Source: Chitinophaga pinensis
GTDB lineage: Bacteria; Verrucomicrobiota; Verrucomicrobiia; Limisphaerales; JAEYXS01
Direction: 5' to 3'
Assembly (NCBI GenBank): GCA_943367715.1
Contig: CALRJY020000023.1
Location: 23,264-87,263 of the forward strand
Length of the DNA stretch: 64,000 nt
The position numbers and the translations under genes were made by a program. This document shows positions 35,545 through 45,026 of the stretch, in pieces. The notes below the pieces were generated by a model. That model did no database searches. It was not told the origin of the DNA and worked only from the letters and a program-made list of their open reading frames with translations. The first letter of the stretch is position 1. Each line of letters opens with the position of its first letter.

Positions 35545-36507
35545 TCATCCTGCAAGTCCGGCGGATAGCTGCGTCTTAGCTTCGCGAACAAGTTCACTGG
35601 CTTTGTGCACCATCTGGTCCTCCTTCGTCTGCCGGAGAATACGGTACACCCAGTCGAAGATAAGTGGGTTACGGGAACGCGCATCGAAAAGCGCATCCTG
35701 AATCAAGAGGCATTGCTGAAAATCTTCTGGATCTCCGTGCGGGTTCAGCAGGGACTGATTCCAGAGGGATTCCACTGCCTCCAGTCCTCGCTGTCCGGCC
35801 TTGATGGCATCCGATTGGGCGAGGATTTCACGCAGCAGCCAAATGACAGCCGGGGCTAGTGGTGCATAAACAGTCAGTATCATTTGTTGCACCGTGTCAC
35901 CACGAATTAGTGCGATACCGAAAACAGTGACAGAAAGTGCAACCAGAATGACGGTCAACCAGAAGCGCACTCGTGCACGTTGATTCAAGTCCCACCAAAA
36001 ACTGGCTCGCTGGCAGATCAACCTCGCCAAAGGTAGAGGTATCTCGCCAGCGACAGACGGGTACCAGTTGTAAATCTGAGCGCGGTCGCCTGCATTGGCA
36101 TTATGTCGTCGGCTGGAGTCAAGGATGTCTTCAGAATCGACTTTTCGACCACACCTGAGAGGACGCCATGGCAGCTCAAAAAGGGCGCAATCGAACATCT
36201 GCTGGATGAGTGCACCCTCACGCTTGAGTTGGTTGAGCGCACGGGAAAGCCAGAGTGCGTCCAGAAGGGTCACTGAGATGGAAAAGCAAGTAAGCCAGAT
36301 TTTCAGGTCAGGCTTCCAGCTCATCAATATGGAACTCACAAGAGCGGCGGGCACCGTGATGATGAGTTGGAATGCCATGAGCCGCTTAGCGGTTCCATAA
36401 ACGTGGCTGGCTGCAGCGAGTAAGTTGACTTGCGGCTCGGCGTTCTGCTTTGAAGCAATATCACATCCCTCTACCATGGAAAGTTCCCCCTGAAAACAAT
36501 GTCCCAC
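35545..36507 (-). CDS. SMODS-associated 4-TM effector (S-4TM-like)
   Basis: Four hydrophobic helices (LIITVPAALVSSILMSW, IWLTCFSISVTLLDALWL, FWLTVILVALSVTVFGIALI, ILTVYAPLAPAVIWLL). The start overlaps the end of the upstream nucleotidyltransferase gene by 37 nt. Confidence 0.6.
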   Translation of the reverse strand: MGHCFQGELSMVEGCDIASKQNAEPQVNLLAAASHVYGTAKRLMAFQLIITVPAALVSSILMSWKPDLKIWLTCFSISVTLLDALWLSRALNQLKREGALIQQMFDCALFELPWRPLRCGRKVDSEDILDSSRRHNANAGDRAQIYNWYPSVAGEIPLPLARLICQRASFWWDLNQRARVRFWLTVILVALSVTVFGIALIRGDTVQQMILTVYAPLAPAVIWLLREILAQSDAIKAGQRGLEAVESLWNQSLLNPHGDPEDFQQCLLIQDALFDARSRNPLIFDWVYRILRQTKEDQMVHKASELVREAKTQLSAGLAG

Positions 36508-37343
36508 TGGCGACGTGCTTCATTAATATCCCCGCGATTTTCTGCCATGACCGCCCTTTCTGCATGGTTTCGAGAATCCACCACTGAGGCTAATGCTCGT
36601 TCGCGCTGCGCAAGCGTTTTTACGGCAGGGATGTTGCCAGCGATCTTGTATGGATCACGGATTGCACGGCACTCTCGGCGGGCTAGGCTGCGAAATATTT
36701 CCAACATGCAAGTGGTGTAAGATTTCACCCCTTTGCACACGCCCTCATACGCCAGAGCGATCTCGATATGGAATGAGGAGAGTGGAATGCGTACTTCTCG
36801 GCACTCGCGCCAAAATTTCATAAGCTGTGCCACATACACAAGCTTGCCTCCGCTCTGTGTGTTCGCATCAGCGAGGTAAGCATCATGCGCGCCCGGCCAT
36901 GTCAGCATCCACCGTCCATCGCCATCAGGAATCCAATAGACGGGCCACTTCTGCTCGATCCGATCAAACATTCCAGGCACTACCTCGACATGTCGGCCAT
37001 CTGAGAAAGACACGGCTATGGCGATCCCGTCCTTGTAAACACTGCTGCTCGGGTAGCGCTCTACCAATGCGATCCGGACTTTTTCCAAGGCTGTGTCGGA
37101 GCGGATGATTTGATCGCCCCGGGTAAAGACAGGTTTGCGAAAAACGGCAAGTAGATCCGTGTCACTGAATCCACGGATGGATGTCTCGCGAACGAAGCTG
37201 CCTATGGGCAGACATTTCGACACCTCAAACTCGGTTTCAAGCCGTGTTCGGATAGCGGTAAGATGCCGACGAGCCGCCAGAAGCTCACTTTCAAGCGGTT
37301 GAATCCTGCATATGAGCTCCTGAAATGATTCGCTAATCGTCAT
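36471..37343 (-). CDS. SMODS-family nucleotidyltransferase (CD-NTase-like), CBASS synthase
   Basis: IGSFVRETSIRGFSDTDLLAVF (GS...DxD pol-beta motif) and a third acidic residue in GRHVEVVPG. About 290 aa. Confidence 0.7.
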   Translation of the reverse strand: MTISESFQELICRIQPLESELLAARRHLTAIRTRLETEFEVSKCLPIGSFVRETSIRGFSDTDLLAVFRKPVFTRGDQIIRSDTALEKVRIALVERYPSSSVYKDGIAIAVSFSDGRHVEVVPGMFDRIEQKWPVYWIPDGDGRWMLTWPGAHDAYLADANTQSGGKLVYVAQLMKFWRECREVRIPLSSFHIEIALAYEGVCKGVKSYTTCMLEIFRSLARRECRAIRDPYKIAGNIPAVKTLAQRERALASVVDSRNHAERAVMAENRGDINEARRQWDIVFRGNFPW

Positions 37344-37569
37344 TCGTGCTCACGAGTTAAAGATTCAGTCGAGTAGTGATGGGAGGCGTGTGATCTATTC
37401 AGCGACGTGGCAAGGCAACGTGGCAGGCATCTGCACGACTTATTGGCTAAGGGCGCCCCGCTTTCGCTGTCCTTTTGGTATCGCCTCATAATCGTATCCT
37501 CAGTCCGCTATTCCGGCCTGTCCGCTTTCGGCCGCTTCAAAGCCCCATAGACCCCGTGCAGCAGCAAGT

Positions 37570-40500
37570 TCATACGGGCTCAGCAGAATTTCCAACTTCA
37601 AAGCCGCCTTCCAGGATGAATTTTGTCAGCAGATTCGACGCTCTGATGTTTACCTTGTGTGGCGGGAGCCTTTCACCCGCTAGCGCTTCAAAGTAAGCTT
37701 TGGCTTTATCCTTGTCGATGGTGGCCTTGAGGTCATCAAAGCGTCCGTAGTCGTTCAAGTTTGCTGCGGTCACGTTCGCGTTTATCAACGCAGTCAGCTT
37801 CTCTTCGTCGATGCCGAGGCATTTGACGATGGCCGCCACCTCCTTGTTTTTGGCCTGAGTCTTGTAGTCGTTCAGGTAGTCTCGGAAAGTGCGGTCAGGG
37901 TCGATCTTCACCTCCCCACGCTGGATGTCGTGGAGAAAGATTCCGGCCAGCTTTTGCTCTTCCTGGGAGAGCGAGGCAAACGAGCGGTGCAGGTCAGCCA
38001 GCGTCGTCTCCTTTGCGGCTTGGTCCCCGCTTTGCAGGACTTTGAGATACTTCTGAAAGCGCGAATTCATGTAGTCGGCATCGATCTTGCCGGTATCGCT
38101 CTCGGTGATGTGGCTGTCGATGTCGAAGGGGATGTCGTCGCCGCCACCGCCGCCACCACCGCCGCCGCCGCCGAGTTCTTTGTAGCGCTGGAGGAGCGTC
38201 AGATATTGAAGGTGGGTGATGGTGAGCTGGATTTGCTTCTTCGGCTCTTCACCAAACTCATAAACCGGTTGCTCCCATGTGAACCCCTGGATCTTCGCTG
38301 CTTCCAGGACGGCATTGAACTGGTTGAACTGCTTGGCGAAAGCCGCACACTCGGTAGGATCATCCGGCAGCTTCATGAAATCCGTGATTCCCGCCGCGTT
38401 GAAGATGGCGCTGATCTCGGCAAAAATTGCATTCAGCCGCTCCAGGTTCATCGGCAGACGATCCGCGAAGAGGCCAATTGGTTTGTCGCCAGAATACAGT
38501 TTTACCGCAGCCTCGACGTTCCGTTTCATCGTGTGCGGCTTGCGGTAGTAGCGGATGGTGCCAAAGGGCTTTTCGAGCGGGTGGAACAGACGGTTGGTCC
38601 GGGAAAAAGCCTGGATGATGTTTTCATACTCCAGCAGCTTGTCGAGGTAGAGGGTGTTCACCCATTTCGAATCAAAGCCTGTGAGCATCTGATTGACCAC
38701 AATCAGCAGGTCGAGCCGCTTTTCCGGCTCGGCCTCGATACGGATATACGGCGCTTTATGCGCGAGTCGGGCCGCAAGGTCCTTTTTGAAATGGGCGTGC
38801 GTTCCAAAATCGAACTTCTGCCCGTAGGCGGCGTTATAGTCGGTCAGTATTTCGATCAGCCCGTCCGTCTTGAAGGCAGGATCGCCGCCGCCATCTTCAT
38901 CGCTGATGTTTGGGTCGAAAAGCGCAGTAATTTTGAGCGTGGGGCACTGCGCCTTTATCAGGCGGTAATAGATGATCGCTTCTGGAATGCTGCTGGTGGC
39001 AAAGATAGCATGGAATTTACTGGCTTGGCTCAAAGTTACCCAGTTGTCGGTGATGTCCTGCACGACGGCGTTCCGGTGTTCATCTCGCTCATATTGGGCA
39101 GTAGGCAAGAGGTCCTCAATGCCGGATTGATAGACACCGGCACTATCTCGCTGACCCGCCATCGGCACCTCATTCATGTAGCGGTTGAAGACCTTCTTTT
39201 TCTTCGGGTCGGCCATGGCTTCCGCCACCGTGTCGGCTTTGCACTTCTCAAGGGCAATAGCCTCCCGCAGATCGCGGTCCTTGTAGGTCATCACCTGGTA
39301 GGGATCAAAGCCGAGGACGTTCTTGTCGCGGATGCCGTCGGCGATGCTGTAACGGTGCAACTCATCACCAAAGACATCCGTGGTGGTATTGTCCTTGCGG
39401 ACATTCTCCCTGTGGATGGGCGTGCCGCTGAAGCCGAAGAAGACCGCGCCGGCAAAGCTCTCTTTGATATCGACGAGCATTTCGCCGAAAGTGGAGCGAT
39501 GGCATTCGTCGATGATGAAGACGATGCGCTTGGCCCGCATGGTTTCCAAGTCGTGCGCTTTCAGCCCATCCGCGTCATCCGTGAGTCGGCTCATTTTCTG
39601 GATGGAGGTCACGATCAGCGTATCGGCCGGGTCGGTGCTCTTGAGTTTCTTTACCAGCACGCCGGTGTGTTCCGTGGCCTGCACCTCGTTGCCGTCACCG
39701 GCGAAGTTGCGATACTGTTCCAGTGTCTGCGTGCCCAACTCGATGCGGTCGAGCAGGAAGACCACTTTGTCCGCATCCTTCGAGTTGGCGATGAGTTGCG
39801 CGGACTTGAAGCTCGTCATCGTCTTGCCCGATCCCGTCGTGTGCCAAATGTAGCCGCCGAGGCGGTTCGGATTCTGCCAATCCGTCTTCGCCACCTTGTC
39901 GGAAATGGCGTGCGCGGCGTAGTATTGGTAGCTGCGCATCACCTTCAGCACCCCGTCCGCCTCATCCGCCACGGTGTAGAAACCGATGAGTTGATGCGCC
40001 ATGGGGATGGAGAGGAGATCTTTTGTAAACCTCTTCCAGTCGTTAATCGGTTCGTTGTTAAAGTCCGCCCAGTGAAAGGCGTAGTCCTTATTGAATTTCC
40101 CGTCTGGCCCGGGATTGGCAAAGTAAAGCGCCTCGGCTGGCTCCATCGCCACGAAGATTTGGAGGAGGGAAAAGAGGCCGGTGAAGATGCCCTCGTGAGA
40201 ATACTTCTGGATCTGATTGTAGGCCACCATCACCGGCACACCGCTGCGCTTCAGCTCGAGGTGGATCACCGGCATTCCGTTGATGAGCAGCACCAGATCG
40301 CCTCGCCGGTCATTCTGCAAGGGAGAGCCACGTGCATAGCGCGGTTGCTGCGCGATCTGGTAGCGGCTCTGGCCAGCGGCGATCTCGTGCCGGTCATAGA
40401 TTTTTAGGCTCACTTCCTTGCCGAAGTGTAACGCGTCGACTGGATTGTCGCGGGTAATGGAAACCGTCTTGCCGTTGATGAAGCCATTGAGCCGCAGCGG

Positions 40501-40731
40501 CGTGCGCAGCGCGGTGATTTGCTCCAGTATCTGCTGCATCTCGCCGTCAGTGAGGGGCACTTCATTGAGGCGATCCTTGCCGCGATTGTTTTCAAAGAGG
40601 ATTTGCTTCCAGTTCGCCAGCAGGTCCGCTTCGGTCGGGTTCTTGATGACGGGCAGGTCGCCCCAACCGCGCTGGCGCAGCTCGTGGATCACGGCGCCTT
40701 CAAAATCGGCTTCTTTGGCAAAGGTGTTCAT
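37570..40731 (-). CDS. hsdR: Type I restriction enzyme R subunit
   Basis: WHTTGSGKTMTSF (motif I), FIIDECHRS (DEAH-type motif II), GFSGTPI (motif III), a FSRTNR-type C-terminus, and 1053 aa length. Confidence 0.95.
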   Translation of the reverse strand: MNTFAKEADFEGAVIHELRQRGWGDLPVIKNPTEADLLANWKQILFENNRGKDRLNEVPLTDGEMQQILEQITALRTPLRLNGFINGKTVSITRDNPVDALHFGKEVSLKIYDRHEIAAGQSRYQIAQQPRYARGSPLQNDRRGDLVLLINGMPVIHLELKRSGVPVMVAYNQIQKYSHEGIFTGLFSLLQIFVAMEPAEALYFANPGPDGKFNKDYAFHWADFNNEPINDWKRFTKDLLSIPMAHQLIGFYTVADEADGVLKVMRSYQYYAAHAISDKVAKTDWQNPNRLGGYIWHTTGSGKTMTSFKSAQLIANSKDADKVVFLLDRIELGTQTLEQYRNFAGDGNEVQATEHTGVLVKKLKSTDPADTLIVTSIQKMSRLTDDADGLKAHDLETMRAKRIVFIIDECHRSTFGEMLVDIKESFAGAVFFGFSGTPIHRENVRKDNTTTDVFGDELHRYSIADGIRDKNVLGFDPYQVMTYKDRDLREAIALEKCKADTVAEAMADPKKKKVFNRYMNEVPMAGQRDSAGVYQSGIEDLLPTAQYERDEHRNAVVQDITDNWVTLSQASKFHAIFATSSIPEAIIYYRLIKAQCPTLKITALFDPNISDEDGGGDPAFKTDGLIEILTDYNAAYGQKFDFGTHAHFKKDLAARLAHKAPYIRIEAEPEKRLDLLIVVNQMLTGFDSKWVNTLYLDKLLEYENIIQAFSRTNRLFHPLEKPFGTIRYYRKPHTMKRNVEAAVKLYSGDKPIGLFADRLPMNLERLNAIFAEISAIFNAAGITDFMKLPDDPTECAAFAKQFNQFNAVLEAAKIQGFTWEQPVYEFGEEPKKQIQLTITHLQYLTLLQRYKELGGGGGGGGGGGDDIPFDIDSHITESDTGKIDADYMNSRFQKYLKVLQSGDQAAKETTLADLHRSFASLSQEEQKLAGIFLHDIQRGEVKIDPDRTFRDYLNDYKTQAKNKEVAAIVKCLGIDEEKLTALINANVTAANLNDYGRFDDLKATIDKDKAKAYFEALAGERLPPHKVNIRASNLLTKFILEGGFEVGNSAEPV

Positions 40732-40749
40732 GGGTGAGGCGGGCGACGC

Positions 40750-42021
40750 TTAAACAAACATCTTCTCTAGGCAGGCCGCTTTGACCTGCTTGAGTTTCTG
40801 GAGTTGTAGGGCTTGTTGGAAAATCAACTCGTCCAGCGTGCGGAAGTAGTGGCCGATTTTTTGTTGTTCGGCGATGCCAGTCGGAAAGCAGATGACCGTT
40901 TGCTTGATAGCCGTTTTGGAAATCGAAAGAACTTTCGTGCCCTGCATTATGGGTAGTAACTGAACATGGAAAGCATTCGAGTTAAGGTAGTATCCAAGGT
41001 AGAAGGGCGCGAAACGAGTCAGTGGCCGCAATGCAATCGTGTGAAGGCCTGCGAGCACAATTTGATCGCCCACATTTTGAATCTCTGTGCATTTGCCCAC
41101 GGTTTCATCCTCTGCCGCATCGGCCATCACAATATCTCCATTCTCTAAATTGGAGGACTTCAGTTTCGTCACCACTGCATCCTCCGATATGAATGGCACT
41201 TTATTGCTTTGAACATCCAGCACCTCTCCGTATCGGACCAAAATATCCCCGTAGTGCACGTTCCTCGCCAGGCCGACGCGGTAGTTCAAGTTGGCCCTTG
41301 ATAAGGTGTTATTGGCGATGTTGCTCGTTGAGGCCCCTAGATTCTTCTGCTCCCACGCCCCCCCAAAGCCTTTGAAGCGGATTTCGGGGGTGGTCGTGCC
41401 GGGCTGCGGGAACATCTTTTGGAGCATCGCTTTTTTCAGCGTCACCAGCTTGTCATGATTTCGCTGATGCAGCCCCATCAGCCGATCCACCTCCCTGAAA
41501 TAACCGCAGATTTGGGCTTGTTCGGTGACGCTCGGGATGGTGACACCTCGTTTTTTCCAGTCCTCGACCTCGAAAACCATTTTCTCAATATCCACCCCGT
41601 ATGAACTCAAGAAGAACTTCTTCCGCATGTCTGGAAGAGTCGCGATAAGAGTCATGAACTCAGTCGAAATCCTGCTGTTTCCTACAGCGATGAGGTATTC
41701 ATTGGAGACGATTGCACCATCCAAGTGCGAGGGGATGATTCCAGTGGCACCGTGGATGACTTGCCGCTTGGAAATGACAAAGTCGCCGACCTCAAGCTGA
41801 GAGTAGTTTTTTACCAATATTTCGCGACCCAACAAAGAACCGCGCGGGACAACACCTGCATTCCGCCGCTTCACGGTGATCAGCTCGTAGCGTTGATGAT
41901 CTTTGAGAATGATCGGACGCTTTATCTCAGAAAGGATTTCTCCAATTGGTTTCTCCTCCCAATCCGCTTCAAACCCTTTGAAGCGGATTCTCGGCACCTT
42001 GCTGTTGGTTGGCGGCTTCAT
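40750..42021 (-). CDS. hsdS: Type I restriction-modification S subunit
   Basis: Two target-recognition halves, each introduced by IRFKGFEADWEEKPIGE or IRFKGFGGAWEQKNLG, with conserved helical spacers (LKKAMLQKMF / CLEKMFV). Confidence 0.9.
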   Translation of the reverse strand: MKPPTNSKVPRIRFKGFEADWEEKPIGEILSEIKRPIILKDHQRYELITVKRRNAGVVPRGSLLGREILVKNYSQLEVGDFVISKRQVIHGATGIIPSHLDGAIVSNEYLIAVGNSRISTEFMTLIATLPDMRKKFFLSSYGVDIEKMVFEVEDWKKRGVTIPSVTEQAQICGYFREVDRLMGLHQRNHDKLVTLKKAMLQKMFPQPGTTTPEIRFKGFGGAWEQKNLGASTSNIANNTLSRANLNYRVGLARNVHYGDILVRYGEVLDVQSNKVPFISEDAVVTKLKSSNLENGDIVMADAAEDETVGKCTEIQNVGDQIVLAGLHTIALRPLTRFAPFYLGYYLNSNAFHVQLLPIMQGTKVLSISKTAIKQTVICFPTGIAEQQKIGHYFRTLDELIFQQALQLQKLKQVKAACLEKMFV

Positions 42022-42022
42022 C

Positions 42023-44623
42023 TCAATTCCCGGCGAGTAAGGTTTTCAGTTCCGCGAGCCCCTTGAGATCGAACTCGTTGCCATCCAGTTCATCGATCAT
42101 GTCCGCCAGCGCGGTTTCGGTCTGCTGGATGTCGCGGGCGTTGTCGGCGTAGGTGAGGTGATACTTTTCCGCGAGGGCTTCCAGCTTGCCGATGAGCGTC
42201 TCCATCTGTTGGCCTGGCAGGCGGTGGAGTTCCTCGCTGAAGGGGGTGATCCATTTGCGTTCGAGCAGCTCATGCACTTGCGCGTCGCTCAGGCCCTCGA
42301 TGGTAGCTTTCGTCTTCAGGTGGAGGTCGGCGGCTTCCGCCTTGATAGCGGCTTTCAAAGTCTTCTCCTCGGCCAGCCATGCAGCCACCTGGATGATTTT
42401 AGCCTCGTAAGATTCGGAATCGAACTTGCCGGAGTTTTTCTCCTCCGCGAGCAGCGCCTTCGCTTCCTTGGCGACGGCAGCAGCGACGAACTTCTCGCCT
42501 TCCTCATTAAGCAACTCGCTGGCTATGGCGCTTTCCTTTTCCTCCTCGCTGAAGCCCTCCAGCGTTTCCTCCAGCGAAGCGGTGACTTCACTCAGACGGC
42601 TCTCCTTTTCCCGCAGGGCGGCCAGCTCCGCCTGGTGATGGACGCTCTGCACGAGATCGAAGGGGAGGATGCGCCCTTTCCAGCCGTCCTGCACCTCGGC
42701 CTTTTCCCCCTTGCTGGTCTTCTCCACCATGTTCGGCTCGGCCACACGGGCGGCGGCGAAGCCCTCCGTCTGGAGGATTTCCAGATCAATGGCGACGGGC
42801 TGCCAGTGGTCGTCGAGGATCTGGTAGGCGTGATAGCGGTCGATGAGCGGCAGCGGGGCGAGCCGGGCAAAAAGCGCCTCGCTCAAAACGGCCTCCTGCC
42901 GGGGAATCTGGAGAGTGAGCATCTGCTCCAGCAACTCGCGGCGCAGGTAGGGCGAGAAGTCGGCAAAGGCGGTGCCGAATTTTTCCCCGAATACTTGCAC
43001 CTCGGGATGCTCGCGGATGGCCTTGGCAAGGTCTTCCACCATGGGCTCAGCGTAAGGCTTGCCATCGTCCTTAAAAAGGGCGGAGCGCAAGCTGGGAAAT
43101 GCACGCCAAAAACCAGCCAAGGGGTCGGCATTCAACTCGCTAAGTGGAATACCGCCAAACATAGAGGCGTAAAGATCCCAGCTCTCTGTGGGCTCGGAGG
43201 AATCCACATAACGCGGTATGTTGAGATTGTAGTTGTTCTCCTGGATTTTAGTTTTGGGGACGAGCTTGCTGTAGCGCGGCACAGTAGCGCGGCCAATCAC
43301 GGTATCGGCGATCTTCTTTATGTCGGAGGCGCGTAGCTTGTTGTTCTTCCCCTCCTTGGCGAAGCCCTCGGAGGCATCCACGATTAGGACGTCGCTCGCT
43401 TCCCGCTTCTGCCGGAGGATGAGGATGATGGTGGGGATACCGGTGCCAAAGAAGATATTCGGCGGCAGGCCGATGATGGTCTCCAAGTGGTCGTTCTCGA
43501 TGAGGTTCTTGCGGATCACACCTTCCTCACCCCCCCGGAATAGCACGCCGTGGGGCAGGACGATGGCCATGATGCCGTTCGGCTTCAAGTGATAGAGATC
43601 GTGGAGGAGGAAGGCATAATCGGCCTTGGACTTGGGCGCGAGGCCGAAGCGGGCAAAGCGGGCATCGTTTTCCTTGTGCTGCGGGTCCCACTTCTGCGAG
43701 TAGGGCGGATTGGAAACGACCGCGTCTAGGTAAAGCGGGTTGTAGGTGTTGACGGGGTCCTGATCGTCGAAGAAAGGCCAGTCATCCTCCAGCGTGTCGG
43801 CATTCCGCGTGACTATGTTCGTTGGCAAGATGCCGCGCATGACTAGGTTCATGCGGGTGAGGTTGTAGGTGTTCTCCTTCAGCTCCTGCGCGTAGTAGCG
43901 GATGTTGTCCGGCCTGACCATGTGCCTGGCGATGGACTGGCCGATATTAAGCAGCAGGGAACCCGAGCCGCTGGTGGCGTCATAGATCTGGATAGTCTCA
44001 CGGTCCCGCAGGTGGTGCGCGATGATCTCGGACATGAGCACGGAGACCTCGTGCGGGGTGTAGAACTCGCCCGCCTTCTTCCCCGCATTCGCGGCAAACA
44101 TGCCGATGAGATATTCGTAGATGAAGCCGAGCACATCGTAGCCCTGTCGCCCATCCATGGGGATGTCCTTGATAAGCTGGATGAGCTTGCGGATCGCCTT
44201 AGTCTGATTCGCAGCAGAGTCGCCTAGTTTGCCCAGCCCGGTTTCCAGCGTCTTGAAAATGCCCTCGAACAGGCGCTTGTGATTCGGGTGGATGAGGCGG
44301 CCGAAGGCCGACAGCGCATCCCGGACGTGAGAGACGTCGAAGTCGCCCTTCAGCTCGATCCAAGTGGAGAAGAGATGCGGGTAGGCGATGAAGTAACCGA
44401 TGTTGCTCTTGATGTGGTCCACGGTCTCGGCGTCATCTTCCGACAGGGCACGGAGGTCATCGTCACTAAAGTCCTCGCTCTTGGCGAAACGGACGAGTTT
44501 ATCCGAGAGGTATTTGTAGAAGATGAAGCCCAGGATGTAGTCCTTGTATTCGTTGGCCTCGATCTTCGAGCGCATCTGGTTGGCGGACTCCCAGATTTTA
44601 GCGGCGAGCTGTTGTTTGTTCAC
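42023..44623 (-). CDS. hsdM: Type I restriction-modification M subunit (long form, 866 aa)
   Basis: HsdM N-domain KIWESANQMRSKIEANEYKDYILGFIFYKYLSD. Also GEFYTP, YDATSGSGSLL (motif I) and VVSNPPYSQKW (motif IV). A ~350-aa helical C-terminal extension follows. Confidence 0.95.
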   Translation of the reverse strand: MNKQQLAAKIWESANQMRSKIEANEYKDYILGFIFYKYLSDKLVRFAKSEDFSDDDLRALSEDDAETVDHIKSNIGYFIAYPHLFSTWIELKGDFDVSHVRDALSAFGRLIHPNHKRLFEGIFKTLETGLGKLGDSAANQTKAIRKLIQLIKDIPMDGRQGYDVLGFIYEYLIGMFAANAGKKAGEFYTPHEVSVLMSEIIAHHLRDRETIQIYDATSGSGSLLLNIGQSIARHMVRPDNIRYYAQELKENTYNLTRMNLVMRGILPTNIVTRNADTLEDDWPFFDDQDPVNTYNPLYLDAVVSNPPYSQKWDPQHKENDARFARFGLAPKSKADYAFLLHDLYHLKPNGIMAIVLPHGVLFRGGEEGVIRKNLIENDHLETIIGLPPNIFFGTGIPTIILILRQKREASDVLIVDASEGFAKEGKNNKLRASDIKKIADTVIGRATVPRYSKLVPKTKIQENNYNLNIPRYVDSSEPTESWDLYASMFGGIPLSELNADPLAGFWRAFPSLRSALFKDDGKPYAEPMVEDLAKAIREHPEVQVFGEKFGTAFADFSPYLRRELLEQMLTLQIPRQEAVLSEALFARLAPLPLIDRYHAYQILDDHWQPVAIDLEILQTEGFAAARVAEPNMVEKTSKGEKAEVQDGWKGRILPFDLVQSVHHQAELAALREKESRLSEVTASLEETLEGFSEEEKESAIASELLNEEGEKFVAAAVAKEAKALLAEEKNSGKFDSESYEAKIIQVAAWLAEEKTLKAAIKAEAADLHLKTKATIEGLSDAQVHELLERKWITPFSEELHRLPGQQMETLIGKLEALAEKYHLTYADNARDIQQTETALADMIDELDGNEFDLKGLAELKTLLAGN

Positions 44624-44748
44624 AGTAAAGTTATTGGGAAGATTGTCTTTGGCGTAGGCGTCATTAGGGCGGAATCAATCTAGGGTTTCCAGTCCAAAGC
44701 CTTCCGTCAGCAAGCAACTCGCATTGCTGTCCTTCGGTTTGTCCGCTT

Positions 44749-44924
44749 TGTTCCTGCCGCTCATCATCGGAATATACCTGCATGTAACAGGGGGATTCTC
44801 CTTTCATTGGTCCAGGTACACAGACCTCCCTCGGACTTTCCCCCCAATGAACCCACCGTCTGAGGTAAACGGTGAACTCGTGTCGTGATTTAAGGCAAAC
44901 CACGCCCCGTTGCAACCCTAATGA
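44749..44924 (-). repeat. Copy 1 of the ~175-bp repeat (upstream of hsdM)
   Basis: Aligns by hand to 49135-49307 over its whole length, at roughly 85% identity (my estimate, with a few 1-3 nt gaps). The flanking sequence is unrelated. Confidence 0.85.
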
Positions 44925-44937
44925 AAGCAAACCCCTT

Positions 44938-45020
44938 CTACTCAAGGAAACCACCGGCAAAGCCTCGCTCGCCGAACCAGCTAAGAGCAGCGTTCTCCAA
45001 AGTGGATTTAGTAACGCTAA
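44938..45020 (-). pseudogene. Relic of an hsdR 5' end (about 25 codons)
   Basis: The minus-strand translation ...TKSTLENAALSWFGERGFAGGFLE* resembles the conserved HsdR N-terminus (sE..lE.aal.wf..lGy). It runs straight into repeat copy 1. Confidence 0.45.
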
Positions 45021-45026
45021 TAGGTT

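Noticed and set aside
38140-38172. Run of 11 glycine codons inside hsdR as a possible slippage or phase-variation tract
   Set aside because: The tract is a mixture of GGC and GGT codons rather than a perfect homopolymer or short tandem repeat, and it is in frame. It is more likely a flexible linker.
37930-40407. 825-aa plus-strand ORF, the longest 'extra' ORF in the track
   Set aside because: It lies entirely antisense to hsdR, whose frame carries all helicase and restriction motifs. Its translation is repetitive (V/R/G/L-rich) with no motif, typical of a shadow ORF in GC-rich coding DNA. The same reasoning applies to 42158-43336 (antisense to hsdM), 26998-27936 and 28300-29619 (antisense to the ligase and clamp), 4880-5866, 6805-7905 and 24723-25514.
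44664-44960. ORFs running through the 175-bp repeats (44664-44960 minus; 49273-49485 minus), suggesting the repeat might be coding
   Set aside because: The two copies are read in different frames by these ORFs. Indels of 1-3 nt separate the copies, and each frame I translated hits stop codons inside the repeat.
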